From Comamonadaceae bacterium (lineage in GTDB: Bacteria; Pseudomonadota; Gammaproteobacteria; Burkholderiales; Burkholderiaceae_C), in contig CANGNS010000002.1 of the NCBI GenBank assembly GCA_947455465.1, forward strand, positions 82,424-114,423: DNA of 32,000 nt, read 5' to 3'. Each line of letters starts with the position of its first letter. The first letter of the stretch is position 1. Position numbers and translations under genes: made by a program. This document shows, one piece after another, positions 8,380-16,794 of the stretch. The notes beneath the pieces were generated by a model. The model was not told where the DNA came from. It worked only from the letters and a program-made list of their open reading frames with translations, and made no database searches.

Positions 8380-8697
8380 ATGACTCAAATCTATGCACGA
8401 AAAAACTTTCGACTACCCGAAAAAGTTTCAAGCGACATCATCTCACAGTGGCAAGAATTGCTCCACGATGCAGCAATCGAAGGTGGAGGCTTTGATGATA
8501 TCGATGTTTTTTACTCTGAAAAAGAAAGAGTCATCGGGGTAAGCGTTCCGATTGAGAATGACCTTATGCTGACACTTGAAGCTGGCGCCATTCTTGGCTA
8601 CGTTACAGCTGAAGTGAACAGATCAGAGCTATATTCACTAGAGCGCTGGATGTCGGTTCATGACGAAAATGGTGATGTGATTGAGTCGACACTTTGA
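8380..8697 (+). CDS. Small acidic hypothetical protein
   Basis: 105 aa with a GAGG RBS upstream (acgaggttgctATG). By my count it has about 20 D/E against 8 K/R. No family recognised. Confidence 0.55.
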   Translation: MTQIYARKNFRLPEKVSSDIISQWQELLHDAAIEGGGFDDIDVFYSEKERVIGVSVPIENDLMLTLEAGAILGYVTAEVNRSELYSLERWMSVHDENGDVIESTL

Positions 8698-8720
8698 TTT
8701 CGGTAATAGGATGAAGTAAC

Positions 8721-8795
8721 GATGTTGAGACCCCACGTGGTGGCGTTAGGCATGTGATCAGTGGCAAGGGGTATTACGAAGTGAAAGACGAATGA
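8721..8795 (+). pseudogene. Orphan 3' fragment of a second HIT-domain gene
   Basis: 8721-8777 matches 8231-8287, the end of the HNH-HIT gene, at 50 of 57 nt. It encodes DVETPRGGVRHVISGKGYY against DVENPRGGVRHVISGKGYY. An in-frame TGA lies at 8712-8714 just upstream, so no intact ORF exists. Confidence 0.65.
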
Positions 8796-8857
8796 TCTTG
8801 GCTGACGATAATTCAAATTAACTATGTTGGGTAATGAAATTCAGAGAGATTCGATAA

Positions 8858-11671
8858 GTGACATCTAAGCACGGTCAGGCATCATTACTAATTTCACAAG
8901 GCGTCTTTGCCTCGGTGAAGACGTTTCGTGAATTTGAGCAGCGTGTGTCCAATTTATTTCAGACAAATACAAAGGCTCAAGGTGATGCGTTTGAAATTTT
9001 CGTTGAAGCCTATCTAGCAACTCAGCAAATACTGCAATGCCAAGAAACCTGGCTGGTAGGTGACATACCAGTTCACGTTCGGGAAAAACTTAATCTGCCA
9101 AACGACTCGAAAGGGATTGACGGCGTCTATAGGTCAATGTCCGATGACTTCGTTCCCTATCAAGTCAAGTTTCGTTCAAATAGACCCGCAATGGGATTCA
9201 ATGAAGTTGCGCCTTTTCTTGGCATCACAGAACGAGCAAGTGATCGACTATTGATCACAAACTGTGACACCATAGCAATCGATGTCAAGAATAGGACGGG
9301 AATACGATCACTGCGTGGTTTTGACTTCGATTCACTAAGCGAAGAGGACTTCTTAGTCATAGAGAACTGGCTCAATAAAAAGCCAGTTAAGCGAAAGCCA
9401 CTGACGCCAGATCCATATCAAGTCGAAGCGTTAGATGCCATTGCGAAGCATCTTGAACACAACGACAGAGGAACAGCGGTCATGGCTTGCGGCACTGGCA
9501 AGACACTCGTGGCATTGTGGGCAGTAGAACAAAGCAATGCAAAAACGATTCTTGTCTTAGTTCCCTCGCTGACTTTATTGCAGCAAACATTAGAGGAATG
9601 GAGTGTTCACAACTCGTGGGGTAAAGACTTTTCTTATCTTTGCGTCTGTAGCGATCCTTCAGTAAATCTAAAGAATGATGAGATTGAAATCGATCCCTCA
9701 GATGTACCCTTCAGAATCGATACAGACCCTGAGATAGTTAGACGCTACCTAGCCCAAGATAACGGCAAAACTAAGATAGTTTTTTCGACCTATCAAAGTA
9801 GCCAAGTTGTCAGCCAAGCGACCAAAGGTGTTTTTGAATTTGACATAGCTGTCTTCGACGAAGCACATAAAACTACGGGATCAGCTGAAGGTAGATTTGC
9901 TCTTGCCCTTAGCGATGAAAACGTAAAAATAAAGAAGCGTCTATTTCTAACCGCTACACCAAAGCATTACGACATTAGTAAACGAGATAAAGATGGTGAG
10001 TTCAAATTTGTCAGTATGGACGATGAATCGGTTTACGGCAAAAGGGCGCATACGCTTACCTTTGGTGATGCTGCAGCCAAAGGAATCATCTGTCCCTACA
10101 AGGTTGTGATTACTTTAATCAATAAGCAAAAAGTTGATGACTTTGCCTTGAAGAACGGAATCACTTTGGTCGAAGGTGACTCTGTCAAAGCCAAGTGGGT
10201 AGCGAGTCAAATCGCCGTTAGTAGTGCGATCAAGCACACAATCGCAACAAAAATTATTACCTTCCACAGTCGTGTAAAAACCGCTCGTGAGTTTGCTAGT
10301 GGTGAGGTCTACGGAATCAAGAAGTTTGTTGATGACTTTGAGGTTTTTCACGTTCACGGCAAGCAAAAAAGTAATGAACGTAAAGATACGATTTCGAAAT
10401 TTAGAAAATCTAGTCGCTCAATCATCACCAACGCTAAGTGTCTAACAGAAGGCGTTGATGTCCCAGCAGTGGATATGGTGGCTTTCGTTGACCCTCGTCA
10501 CAGCAAGATCGATATCGCTCAAGCTGTTGGTAGGGCAATGAGAAAACCAAGAGGCGGAAGTAAAACGGTCGGCTATATCGTTGTTCCCGTTTTTGCTGAA
10601 GATGCCACAGAGCAGTCACTTGAAAGAGCAATTAAGAGTGAGGAATTTAACGATGTTGCTCTAATTTTGAATTCATTATTGGAGCAAGATGAAGAGTTGG
10701 TCGAAATAGTCCGAGAGTTAAAGCAGGCGAAGGGTCGAGGCGAGGTATTTAATCCACAAAGATTCAAAGAGAAAATTGAGGTTATTGGACCGCTGATTAA
10801 ATTAGATGAGTTAACAAATAGTATTTACGTCGAAGTTGTCGATCGTTTAGGTGAGTCGTGGGATGAATCATATGGAAAGTTAAAGAAATTCAAAGACGAA
10901 AATGGTCATTGTCGTGTTCCACAATTGGATTCAGGCAAGAAATCAACATTAGGTCATTGGGTAGCTACACAGAGACGCGCCAAATTAACTTCAACATTGT
11001 CAGAAGACCGTATTAGCAGACTGGACAAACTGAACTTCGCTTGGGATTCATTCGATCAAAAGTGGGAAGAAGGATTCACTGCGCTAGTTGCATTCAAGAA
11101 ACGAAACGGTCATTGCATCGTCCCAAAAGGATATATAGAAAATGGAATTCAGCTCGGCTCTTGGGTTCGAACCAAACGAGCGAGCAGAAAAGATTTAACT
11201 TTGTCAGAAGAGAATATTTCTTCCCTAAATGCCATTGGGTTTATTTGGAAACCCAATGAGGATGCTTGGGAAGAAGGATTTAATGCTCTTGTTGTGTTCA
11301 AACTAAGAGAAGGACATTGCCTTGTCCCTAAGGATCATATTGAAAAAGGGTTCAATCTAGCAAGTTGGGTGCGCAATCAACGGTCTCATAAAACGAACTC
11401 GAAACTATCAGCTGAGAGGACTCGCCGTTTGAATGAAATGGGTTTCGTATGGAATCAGCTAGAGCAGAAGTGGGATGAGCACTTTCAAGCACTTTGCGTC
11501 TTTGAAAAGCAAAATGACCATTGCTTAGTACCAGTCAGTTATACGATAAACGGAATTAATCTTGGGTCTTGGGTACATACGCAAAGGCGTGAATACGGAA
11601 GCAAAAGATTGTCTACCGACCGACAAAATAAATTAGAGGTGTTGGGATTCACCTGGAAAATTAAAAATTGA
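8858..11671 (+). CDS. N-terminal PD-(D/E)xK-like nuclease, SF2 DEAH helicase (ResIII type) and four C-terminal helicase-associated (HA) repeats
   Basis: GTG start. Nuclease-like region: GDAFEIFVEAYL...KGIDGVY...YQVKF. Helicase motifs: I AVMACGTGKT, II VFDEAHKT, III LFLTATP, V/VI CLTEGVDVPAVDMVAF...AQAVGRAMR. Four HA repeats follow, of the form W(D/E)E.F..L..F....GHC.VP......LG.WV..QR. Confidence 0.9.
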   Translation: MTSKHGQASLLISQGVFASVKTFREFEQRVSNLFQTNTKAQGDAFEIFVEAYLATQQILQCQETWLVGDIPVHVREKLNLPNDSKGIDGVYRSMSDDFVPYQVKFRSNRPAMGFNEVAPFLGITERASDRLLITNCDTIAIDVKNRTGIRSLRGFDFDSLSEEDFLVIENWLNKKPVKRKPLTPDPYQVEALDAIAKHLEHNDRGTAVMACGTGKTLVALWAVEQSNAKTILVLVPSLTLLQQTLEEWSVHNSWGKDFSYLCVCSDPSVNLKNDEIEIDPSDVPFRIDTDPEIVRRYLAQDNGKTKIVFSTYQSSQVVSQATKGVFEFDIAVFDEAHKTTGSAEGRFALALSDENVKIKKRLFLTATPKHYDISKRDKDGEFKFVSMDDESVYGKRAHTLTFGDAAAKGIICPYKVVITLINKQKVDDFALKNGITLVEGDSVKAKWVASQIAVSSAIKHTIATKIITFHSRVKTAREFASGEVYGIKKFVDDFEVFHVHGKQKSNERKDTISKFRKSSRSIITNAKCLTEGVDVPAVDMVAFVDPRHSKIDIAQAVGRAMRKPRGGSKTVGYIVVPVFAEDATEQSLERAIKSEEFNDVALILNSLLEQDEELVEIVRELKQAKGRGEVFNPQRFKEKIEVIGPLIKLDELTNSIYVEVVDRLGESWDESYGKLKKFKDENGHCRVPQLDSGKKSTLGHWVATQRRAKLTSTLSEDRISRLDKLNFAWDSFDQKWEEGFTALVAFKKRNGHCIVPKGYIENGIQLGSWVRTKRASRKDLTLSEENISSLNAIGFIWKPNEDAWEEGFNALVVFKLREGHCLVPKDHIEKGFNLASWVRNQRSHKTNSKLSAERTRRLNEMGFVWNQLEQKWDEHFQALCVFEKQNDHCLVPVSYTINGINLGSWVHTQRREYGSKRLSTDRQNKLEVLGFTWKIKN
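10859..11668 (+). repeat. Four in-frame tandem coding repeats of exactly 204 nt (68 aa), the HA domains
   Basis: The Trp codon that opens each repeat sits at 10859, 11063, 11267 and 11471, a constant 204-nt period. Confidence 0.8.
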
Positions 11672-11790
11672 GTTCAAAGTTAGTTTTACGGTTGCTTACT
11701 CCAACTGAGCTAACCTCATAGAACGGATACGCTAAGAGTACGCTCTCACAACATGACTGATTACCATTGATTAGCACTGAACTTTCCGCA

Positions 11791-12444
11791 CTATATTGCT
11801 GTGGACGTACGAATCACTCTATCCAACCACTGATAGTATTTTCTGTTGTCTTGAGATATCTTGTATACCGTGCTAAGTCCATCAAGCAAAATATCGTCAT
11901 CGTATTCGACTGAGACTGAGTCAAGGATTTTCTTGGCATATGGCAGGAAAATTTGTGGTGCGCATGGTGGGACATGCAAAATCTCACATCTGCTTCTAAT
12001 TCCAGCATCAACTTCTTCAAGACGATTCGTGCTGAGAATCGTCAAGTCTGTGCCAAGTGTCTCGTCAAGTTCAATCTTCATCGCATCTGACATAGCAGCT
12101 TTACTCATCAAGAACTCTTCAATGATGATGTAGTTGAATTTCTGATCATTGATAGTGAAGTTCTTGTTGATCATCTTGTTTCTCCCATACAAGTCGTGAA
12201 TGTCAGATGCGTTCTTGAGATCGCTAGATCTGACTTTCTGAAATTGTGCTTCTTTCCGTTCTATGGCGTTTGGTAGCAGTCGCTGAATCAGTGACTTGCC
12301 TGTGCCACTTGTTCCATGCAACAGTAATGGCGCTTCAAGTTCTCCACTCGCATAGGCAAACACTACTTCACTGACTTCGCTGTTGGGATAGACGATTTCG
12401 TGAATAGATTTTGGCGAGTAATTTTTAATGGTTGAGATGATCAT
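11791..12444 (-). CDS. AAA+ ATPase, clamp-loader/RFC-like
   Basis: Walker A LLLHGTSGTGKS, Walker B YIIIEEF, sensor-1 ILSTN, and the SRC motif GIRSRCEIL characteristic of RFC/clamp-loader AAA+ proteins. Confidence 0.75.
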   Translation of the reverse strand: MIISTIKNYSPKSIHEIVYPNSEVSEVVFAYASGELEAPLLLHGTSGTGKSLIQRLLPNAIERKEAQFQKVRSSDLKNASDIHDLYGRNKMINKNFTINDQKFNYIIIEEFLMSKAAMSDAMKIELDETLGTDLTILSTNRLEEVDAGIRSRCEILHVPPCAPQIFLPYAKKILDSVSVEYDDDILLDGLSTVYKISQDNRKYYQWLDRVIRTSTAI

Positions 12445-12498
12445 TTTTTGTATTTGGTTAGATGAGTGAGCTGTTGTTGCAGCTCACTCGTTCAAGAC

Positions 12499-13488
12499 TT
12501 AGATTGCTTTCTCTCGTGTTGTCGAAATCTCTGCTTCAATACGATGCTTTCTAAAGAGAGTTGTTAGCGAGTCGGCGATTGCATACATGGCTTCGTCTGA
12601 TGGTTTTCTGTTGAAGCGAATGACGACTGAGTAGGGTTCGTCACTGTGTTCGTCTTCAGCAGCAGCTTCAACATTGAGACTTGCAGACTGTGAGACACGC
12701 TCAAGCATGACTGATGCAGCACTTGCTTCAAAATCTTGGCCAGACTTTTCTGGCGCAGTGTCAATCGATACAGTGCTGTCACTGACAGTCTCAGAAGCGC
12801 AGGAAACACTTGAATTTGCAGCGTCGTGAGCATCTGTGTGCTCGTCAGTCTGTTCATCGCTCGCAGCGTCTACAGACACTTCTGTGTCTTTTGAGACGCT
12901 AGGTAAAGCAGGCGCGGTGACGCTTGCTGAGGGCATCGTCGGTGTCGCTGGCGATGTGTCAGGTTTGCTTGATTTGTCAGACGAGTCATTGCCCCTGAGC
13001 AACTTGAGCTGAGCACCAGTCAGATGCGCCATGCTCTCGCCCATTGCGACCATCGCCATGAACACGTCAGGGGGAATCTGCGTGATCTCGTAGATGCTCG
13101 TCCAAGACGAGGGCAACAAGTTTGTGGCAGCGATCAAGTCGTCATAGCGTTCGCCAATCGCAAGAAACTTGCGAACTGTTGAGTCTTCAGACTTACGACC
13201 CACGTCTTTCAAGAAGCAGTCGTACTCAGACTTTGCGAGCGTGTTTTTCGCTTCAAAAACGATGCGACACATCTCGATTGTTGACTGAGCAGTCTTTACA
13301 GCGAATTTTGAATATTCGTTGTAAAGACGCTCACGTGCAGTTACGTGATGCTCGATGACTATTCCATCATCAGTTTCAAAGACACTTATTTGACCAAGAC
13401 CATTCTCTAACTCAGAAGTCGAAGAGTTATTGTCGATATCAATGTTTGTTCCATTTTGAACAGATTCATTTTGTGTGTATTCAATCAT
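12499..13488 (-). CDS. Hypothetical protein: helical N-terminal domain (DUF3102-like?) and an acidic Ser/Thr/Asp-rich C-terminal half
   Basis: CRIVFEAKNTLAKSEYDCFLKDVGRKSEDSTVRKFLAIGERYDDL resembles phage/plasmid DUF3102-type helical domains; this resemblance is weak. The C-terminal region is low complexity. Confidence 0.6.
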   Translation of the reverse strand: MIEYTQNESVQNGTNIDIDNNSSTSELENGLGQISVFETDDGIVIEHHVTARERLYNEYSKFAVKTAQSTIEMCRIVFEAKNTLAKSEYDCFLKDVGRKSEDSTVRKFLAIGERYDDLIAATNLLPSSWTSIYEITQIPPDVFMAMVAMGESMAHLTGAQLKLLRGNDSSDKSSKPDTSPATPTMPSASVTAPALPSVSKDTEVSVDAASDEQTDEHTDAHDAANSSVSCASETVSDSTVSIDTAPEKSGQDFEASAASVMLERVSQSASLNVEAAAEDEHSDEPYSVVIRFNRKPSDEAMYAIADSLTTLFRKHRIEAEISTTREKAI

Positions 13489-13496
13489 ATTAATCC

Positions 13497-14159
13497 TTAA
13501 GCCAAGCCAACTTCAGCACGAATTTTTTTGCTACTAGTCACGAAATGATCTAGTTCGTAACCACATTTCTGATGAATGTCCCCATTTGCATCAAAATAGA
13601 ACAACGAAGACCATGATCCATTAACTAACATTTCTAAATCGCAGTTGCGCAAGATGACATCATTCTCAGCAACCCAGAACTTATGTATGTTGTCACCAAC
13701 CAGAGTTGCTGACTCTTCTAAGGCAGCAATAATTGGTTTTTTTATGTTATTTTTTCTGTAATCACACATAGTCCATTTTTCAAATCGTGCATCACCTGCG
13801 TTGAACTTGAAACGATAAATTCCTCCAATATGTTTTGCAAGTTCATTCCAATCTACAGTAGGTTTAACCACGCCTGTATGATTTAGCATGTTTGTAGCAG
13901 GCATGCTTGAAATGAGTGGCATTGCTGTTACAGGATAATTATTTGATTCAGTTAACCAAACAAAATTCTTTCGCTGCATTAATTTCAACAGTCGCTCGTC
14001 TTTTAGAAATCCAGTGGAGTTCTCAAGAATGATTTTCCCACTCTCAATAATTTTGCAGATATGAATACCCTTTGTATAGTGATATACAGACTTGAATTTA
14101 GCGCAAGCCATTTTTCGATTTATACGAGCACGAAGTTGCATTTTCTTTGTAGTAGACAT
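13497..14159 (-). CDS. Hypothetical protein
   Basis: 220-aa ORF separated by 8 nt from the downstream gene of the same operon. No family recognised. Confidence 0.6.
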   Translation of the reverse strand: MSTTKKMQLRARINRKMACAKFKSVYHYTKGIHICKIIESGKIILENSTGFLKDERLLKLMQRKNFVWLTESNNYPVTAMPLISSMPATNMLNHTGVVKPTVDWNELAKHIGGIYRFKFNAGDARFEKWTMCDYRKNNIKKPIIAALEESATLVGDNIHKFWVAENDVILRNCDLEMLVNGSWSSLFYFDANGDIHQKCGYELDHFVTSSKKIRAEVGLA

Positions 14160-14224
14160 AAAAACCTCTATTAAAAATTAGATAAATTGATTATTTTTAG
14201 AATTCGATAGATCGTTAGATATGC

Positions 14225-14503
14225 TCATACGAACCCACAAGATTGAGCGCGATCAAACCATGCAATAGAGTTGCCACATTCATCGTTGTAGATGAAGTAG
14301 CGAGCATCTTCACAATAGCCAACATCCCAGTGCGTCACTGATGCAAATGTCAGCTCTTGCTCAAACTCCATCAAGTCACATTGCTTATTAGCGTTGTTTG
14401 AACCCACAAACAAGAACAAATCATTTTCTTGCTTGTGAATCTGCTTCTTACCAGTGCAGATGTCACAGTCGCAATAAGACTTCATCATGTTACTTTTACT
14501 CAT
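14225..14503 (-). CDS. Hypothetical Cys-rich small protein
   Basis: Track ORF 14225..14539 trimmed to the ATG at 14503, which follows GAAGGAAATT (RBS). It contains CDCDICTGKK. No family recognised. Confidence 0.5.
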   Translation of the reverse strand: MSKSNMMKSYCDCDICTGKKQIHKQENDLFLFVGSNNANKQCDLMEFEQELTFASVTHWDVGYCEDARYFIYNDECGNSIAWFDRAQSCGFV

Positions 14504-14590
14504 AATTTCCTTCTTTCTTTCAGTTAATATAAAACACAAATTTGAATCAACTATTTGATTCAGACTCTATTATATGCAATACTGCATATT

Positions 14591-14714
14591 TTGATAATTC
14601 AATATTCGTGGACCACGCATCTTGAATAATCAATTGAATCTAAATGATTTAATCGACTCAGTATGTATTATATAGGCTCGGTGATTTTTTATTAATCAAT
14701 AATATGTGGTCCAG
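14591..14714 (+). promoter_or_regulatory. Two phased copies of the TTGATAAT-N9-GTGGACCAC motif, second locus
   Basis: TTGATAAT at 14591 with GTGGACCAC at 14608. TTATTAAT at 14689 with GTGGTCCAG at 14706. The spacer is 9 nt in both and the copies are 98 bp apart. The site lies in the divergent intergenic region between the 14503 (-) and 14795 (+) starts. Confidence 0.45.
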
Positions 14715-14794
14715 CTAGTTTAAACTAGATGCCATTTTGATTAATATGTTTGTCCATGTAGAATCTCAAAATCGTTCCAAATTGAACAAAACCC

Positions 14795-15523
14795 ATGACC
14801 AAACCAAAGCACTCAAAGACACTTGCGTTAAACAAAGAGCCATTTCGACTCTGGTATGAGTTCTTGAAACGGGCTAAGGCGAAGGGAATGAAGGTGTCGA
14901 AGGACTACAGTGAGTGGGGAGACACGAGTGTGGGTTTTGACAAGTGGTGGCGAGAGCATGGCGCTAACCTGGTGCCAGTCGTTGCAAATGGCGTCGCTCT
15001 AGCTTCAGAAGAGACGCTCCATGATGACAACTACTACCTGTTTGCCATTCCAAAACATCTGTCAGCTCGCCAAACCCGTGTCGAAGCTGAACACTTGATG
15101 AAGAAATTGAAGGCTGAACATGGGGAGATCAAACTGAATACAAGATGGCGCTTGACTGAGGGCAAGAGCCTGAGATACGAAGCTATTCGCGCCTACCTGC
15201 ATGCCATTGACTGCAAAGACAAGTTGATCAAACAAGCAGTGGCTGCTGGTAAGTCAGCTGCTGATGTGAAGGTTGTGGATGTATTGGCAGCATTGCGTCT
15301 GTATTACATCAAGAAGCATGACAGATACAAGGGTAAAGGCGACCTGATGCCACAGCGACTGACACATGGTGATGGAGGATACGAGACCGATCCAAGCAAG
15401 ATCATCGTCAGCGACCATAGTGACCCAAAAGTTGCCACTCAGTCGATCAATGCTGTGCGTGACTATTTGAAGAGAGGTGAAGAGACGATGAAAGCTGTAG
15501 CTGAAGGCAGATTTCCTTCTTGA
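14795..15523 (+). CDS. Hypothetical protein
   Basis: 242-aa ORF directly downstream of the motif-bearing intergenic region. It ends in AVAEGRFPS, echoing the AlpA motif VAEGRFP. No family recognised. Confidence 0.65.
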   Translation: MTKPKHSKTLALNKEPFRLWYEFLKRAKAKGMKVSKDYSEWGDTSVGFDKWWREHGANLVPVVANGVALASEETLHDDNYYLFAIPKHLSARQTRVEAEHLMKKLKAEHGEIKLNTRWRLTEGKSLRYEAIRAYLHAIDCKDKLIKQAVAAGKSAADVKVVDVLAALRLYYIKKHDRYKGKGDLMPQRLTHGDGGYETDPSKIIVSDHSDPKVATQSINAVRDYLKRGEETMKAVAEGRFPS

Positions 15524-15557
15524 TGCCAGATCAAAATCACACTTGCACTGATTTGCT

Positions 15558-16745
15558 ATGAACGCACAACTGTGGACAAAAGTAACTGTTATTGCTGATG
15601 CGTTGAAATATTCTTCGATTAGTGAGTGGCGCAAACATAGTTCTTCAGCCTATGCAATTTGTTGCAGAAACAAGTGGAATGAAGAAGCCTGCGCCCATAT
15701 GTCCAAGAAAAAACAGGCAAACGGATTCTGGACTGACGAGAAGGTTCTTGCTGAATCTCGTAAGTTTTCATCAACTGCAGATTGGGCTGCAACGAGCCCT
15801 TCCTCATATGTTGTCGCAAAGCGGAAGAAGCTTGTCCCCACAACAATGCCTAGAGCGTTAGTTCATAACCAATGGACTAAATCACAAGTAGCTAAGGTCG
15901 CAAAAGAATTCAAGACTCGTGGAGAATTTAGAAGTACGCAGCCAAGTGCATACTCCATAGCAATTAGCAACGGCTGGCTTGATGATGTCTGCGTTCATAT
16001 GTTGAACACAGCACCATGGTTTGGTCCCAGAGTAATTAGAGAGTTTTTAATCGCACACGATATAGAATTCATCGCTGAGCATAAGTTCAATACTGATTCA
16101 GTGGTCAAAAGATACCCATTTGACTTTTACTTACCGAAGTTAAATTGCCTTATTGAATATCAAGGAAGACAACATAAGGATGGTTGGTTCAAGGATTTAG
16201 CTGATGCAAAGGCGATTCAGTTGCGAGATAAATCAAAACGATCATTTGCAGCAGAGCAAGACATAAATTACCTTGAGTTAGATCAGCGAACAAGGAAGGT
16301 GTTGTTGGAAACATTACGTTTGGAACTTAAGAAAATTGCTGAGATCGTAGGCGTTAGATACAGTGATGCACCAAGGCAACTTACAGAGGCTGAGTTGAGT
16401 GAAATTGAAACAGCATTCAAGTGGAATCATAAGTCAGTAAAAGAAGTTATTGATACTTGTACGTCACTTAAAGAATTCCGTCAGAAGTATCCATCAGCAT
16501 ATGACTACGCTTTGAAAAACGATTTATTGAAGAGCTTGGGTAGTGATCTAGCTAGAATCACAGTGCACGGAAAATACACCAAAAAATATGTGACGGAGGT
16601 TGCTGTAACTTGTACCACAAGAAACGAATTCAAAGTCAAAAACAAAGGCGCCTGGGCTGCTGCTCAGCGCAATGGGTGGCTTGATGAAGTATGCGCTCAC
16701 ATGCCAAAGCATGTTCAAAGGAAAAATAAGCAATCTGATCTTTAA
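15558..16745 (+). CDS. PD-(D/E)xK (Vsr/DUF559-like) nuclease core flanked by five ~35-aa repeats
   Basis: Core: RYPFDFYLPKLNCLIEYQGRQH. Repeats include SEWRKHSSSAYAICCRNKWNEEACAHM, GEFRSTQPSAYSIAISNGWLDDVCVHM, KEFRQKYPSAYDYALKNDLL and NEFKVKNKGAWAAAQRNGWLDEVCAHM. Confidence 0.65.
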   Translation: MNAQLWTKVTVIADALKYSSISEWRKHSSSAYAICCRNKWNEEACAHMSKKKQANGFWTDEKVLAESRKFSSTADWAATSPSSYVVAKRKKLVPTTMPRALVHNQWTKSQVAKVAKEFKTRGEFRSTQPSAYSIAISNGWLDDVCVHMLNTAPWFGPRVIREFLIAHDIEFIAEHKFNTDSVVKRYPFDFYLPKLNCLIEYQGRQHKDGWFKDLADAKAIQLRDKSKRSFAAEQDINYLELDQRTRKVLLETLRLELKKIAEIVGVRYSDAPRQLTEAELSEIETAFKWNHKSVKEVIDTCTSLKEFRQKYPSAYDYALKNDLLKSLGSDLARITVHGKYTKKYVTEVAVTCTTRNEFKVKNKGAWAAAQRNGWLDEVCAHMPKHVQRKNKQSDL

Positions 16746-16794
16746 TCGACATCAGTGGTGTTAAACTAACAGACCCTATCCACAACATATCAAT

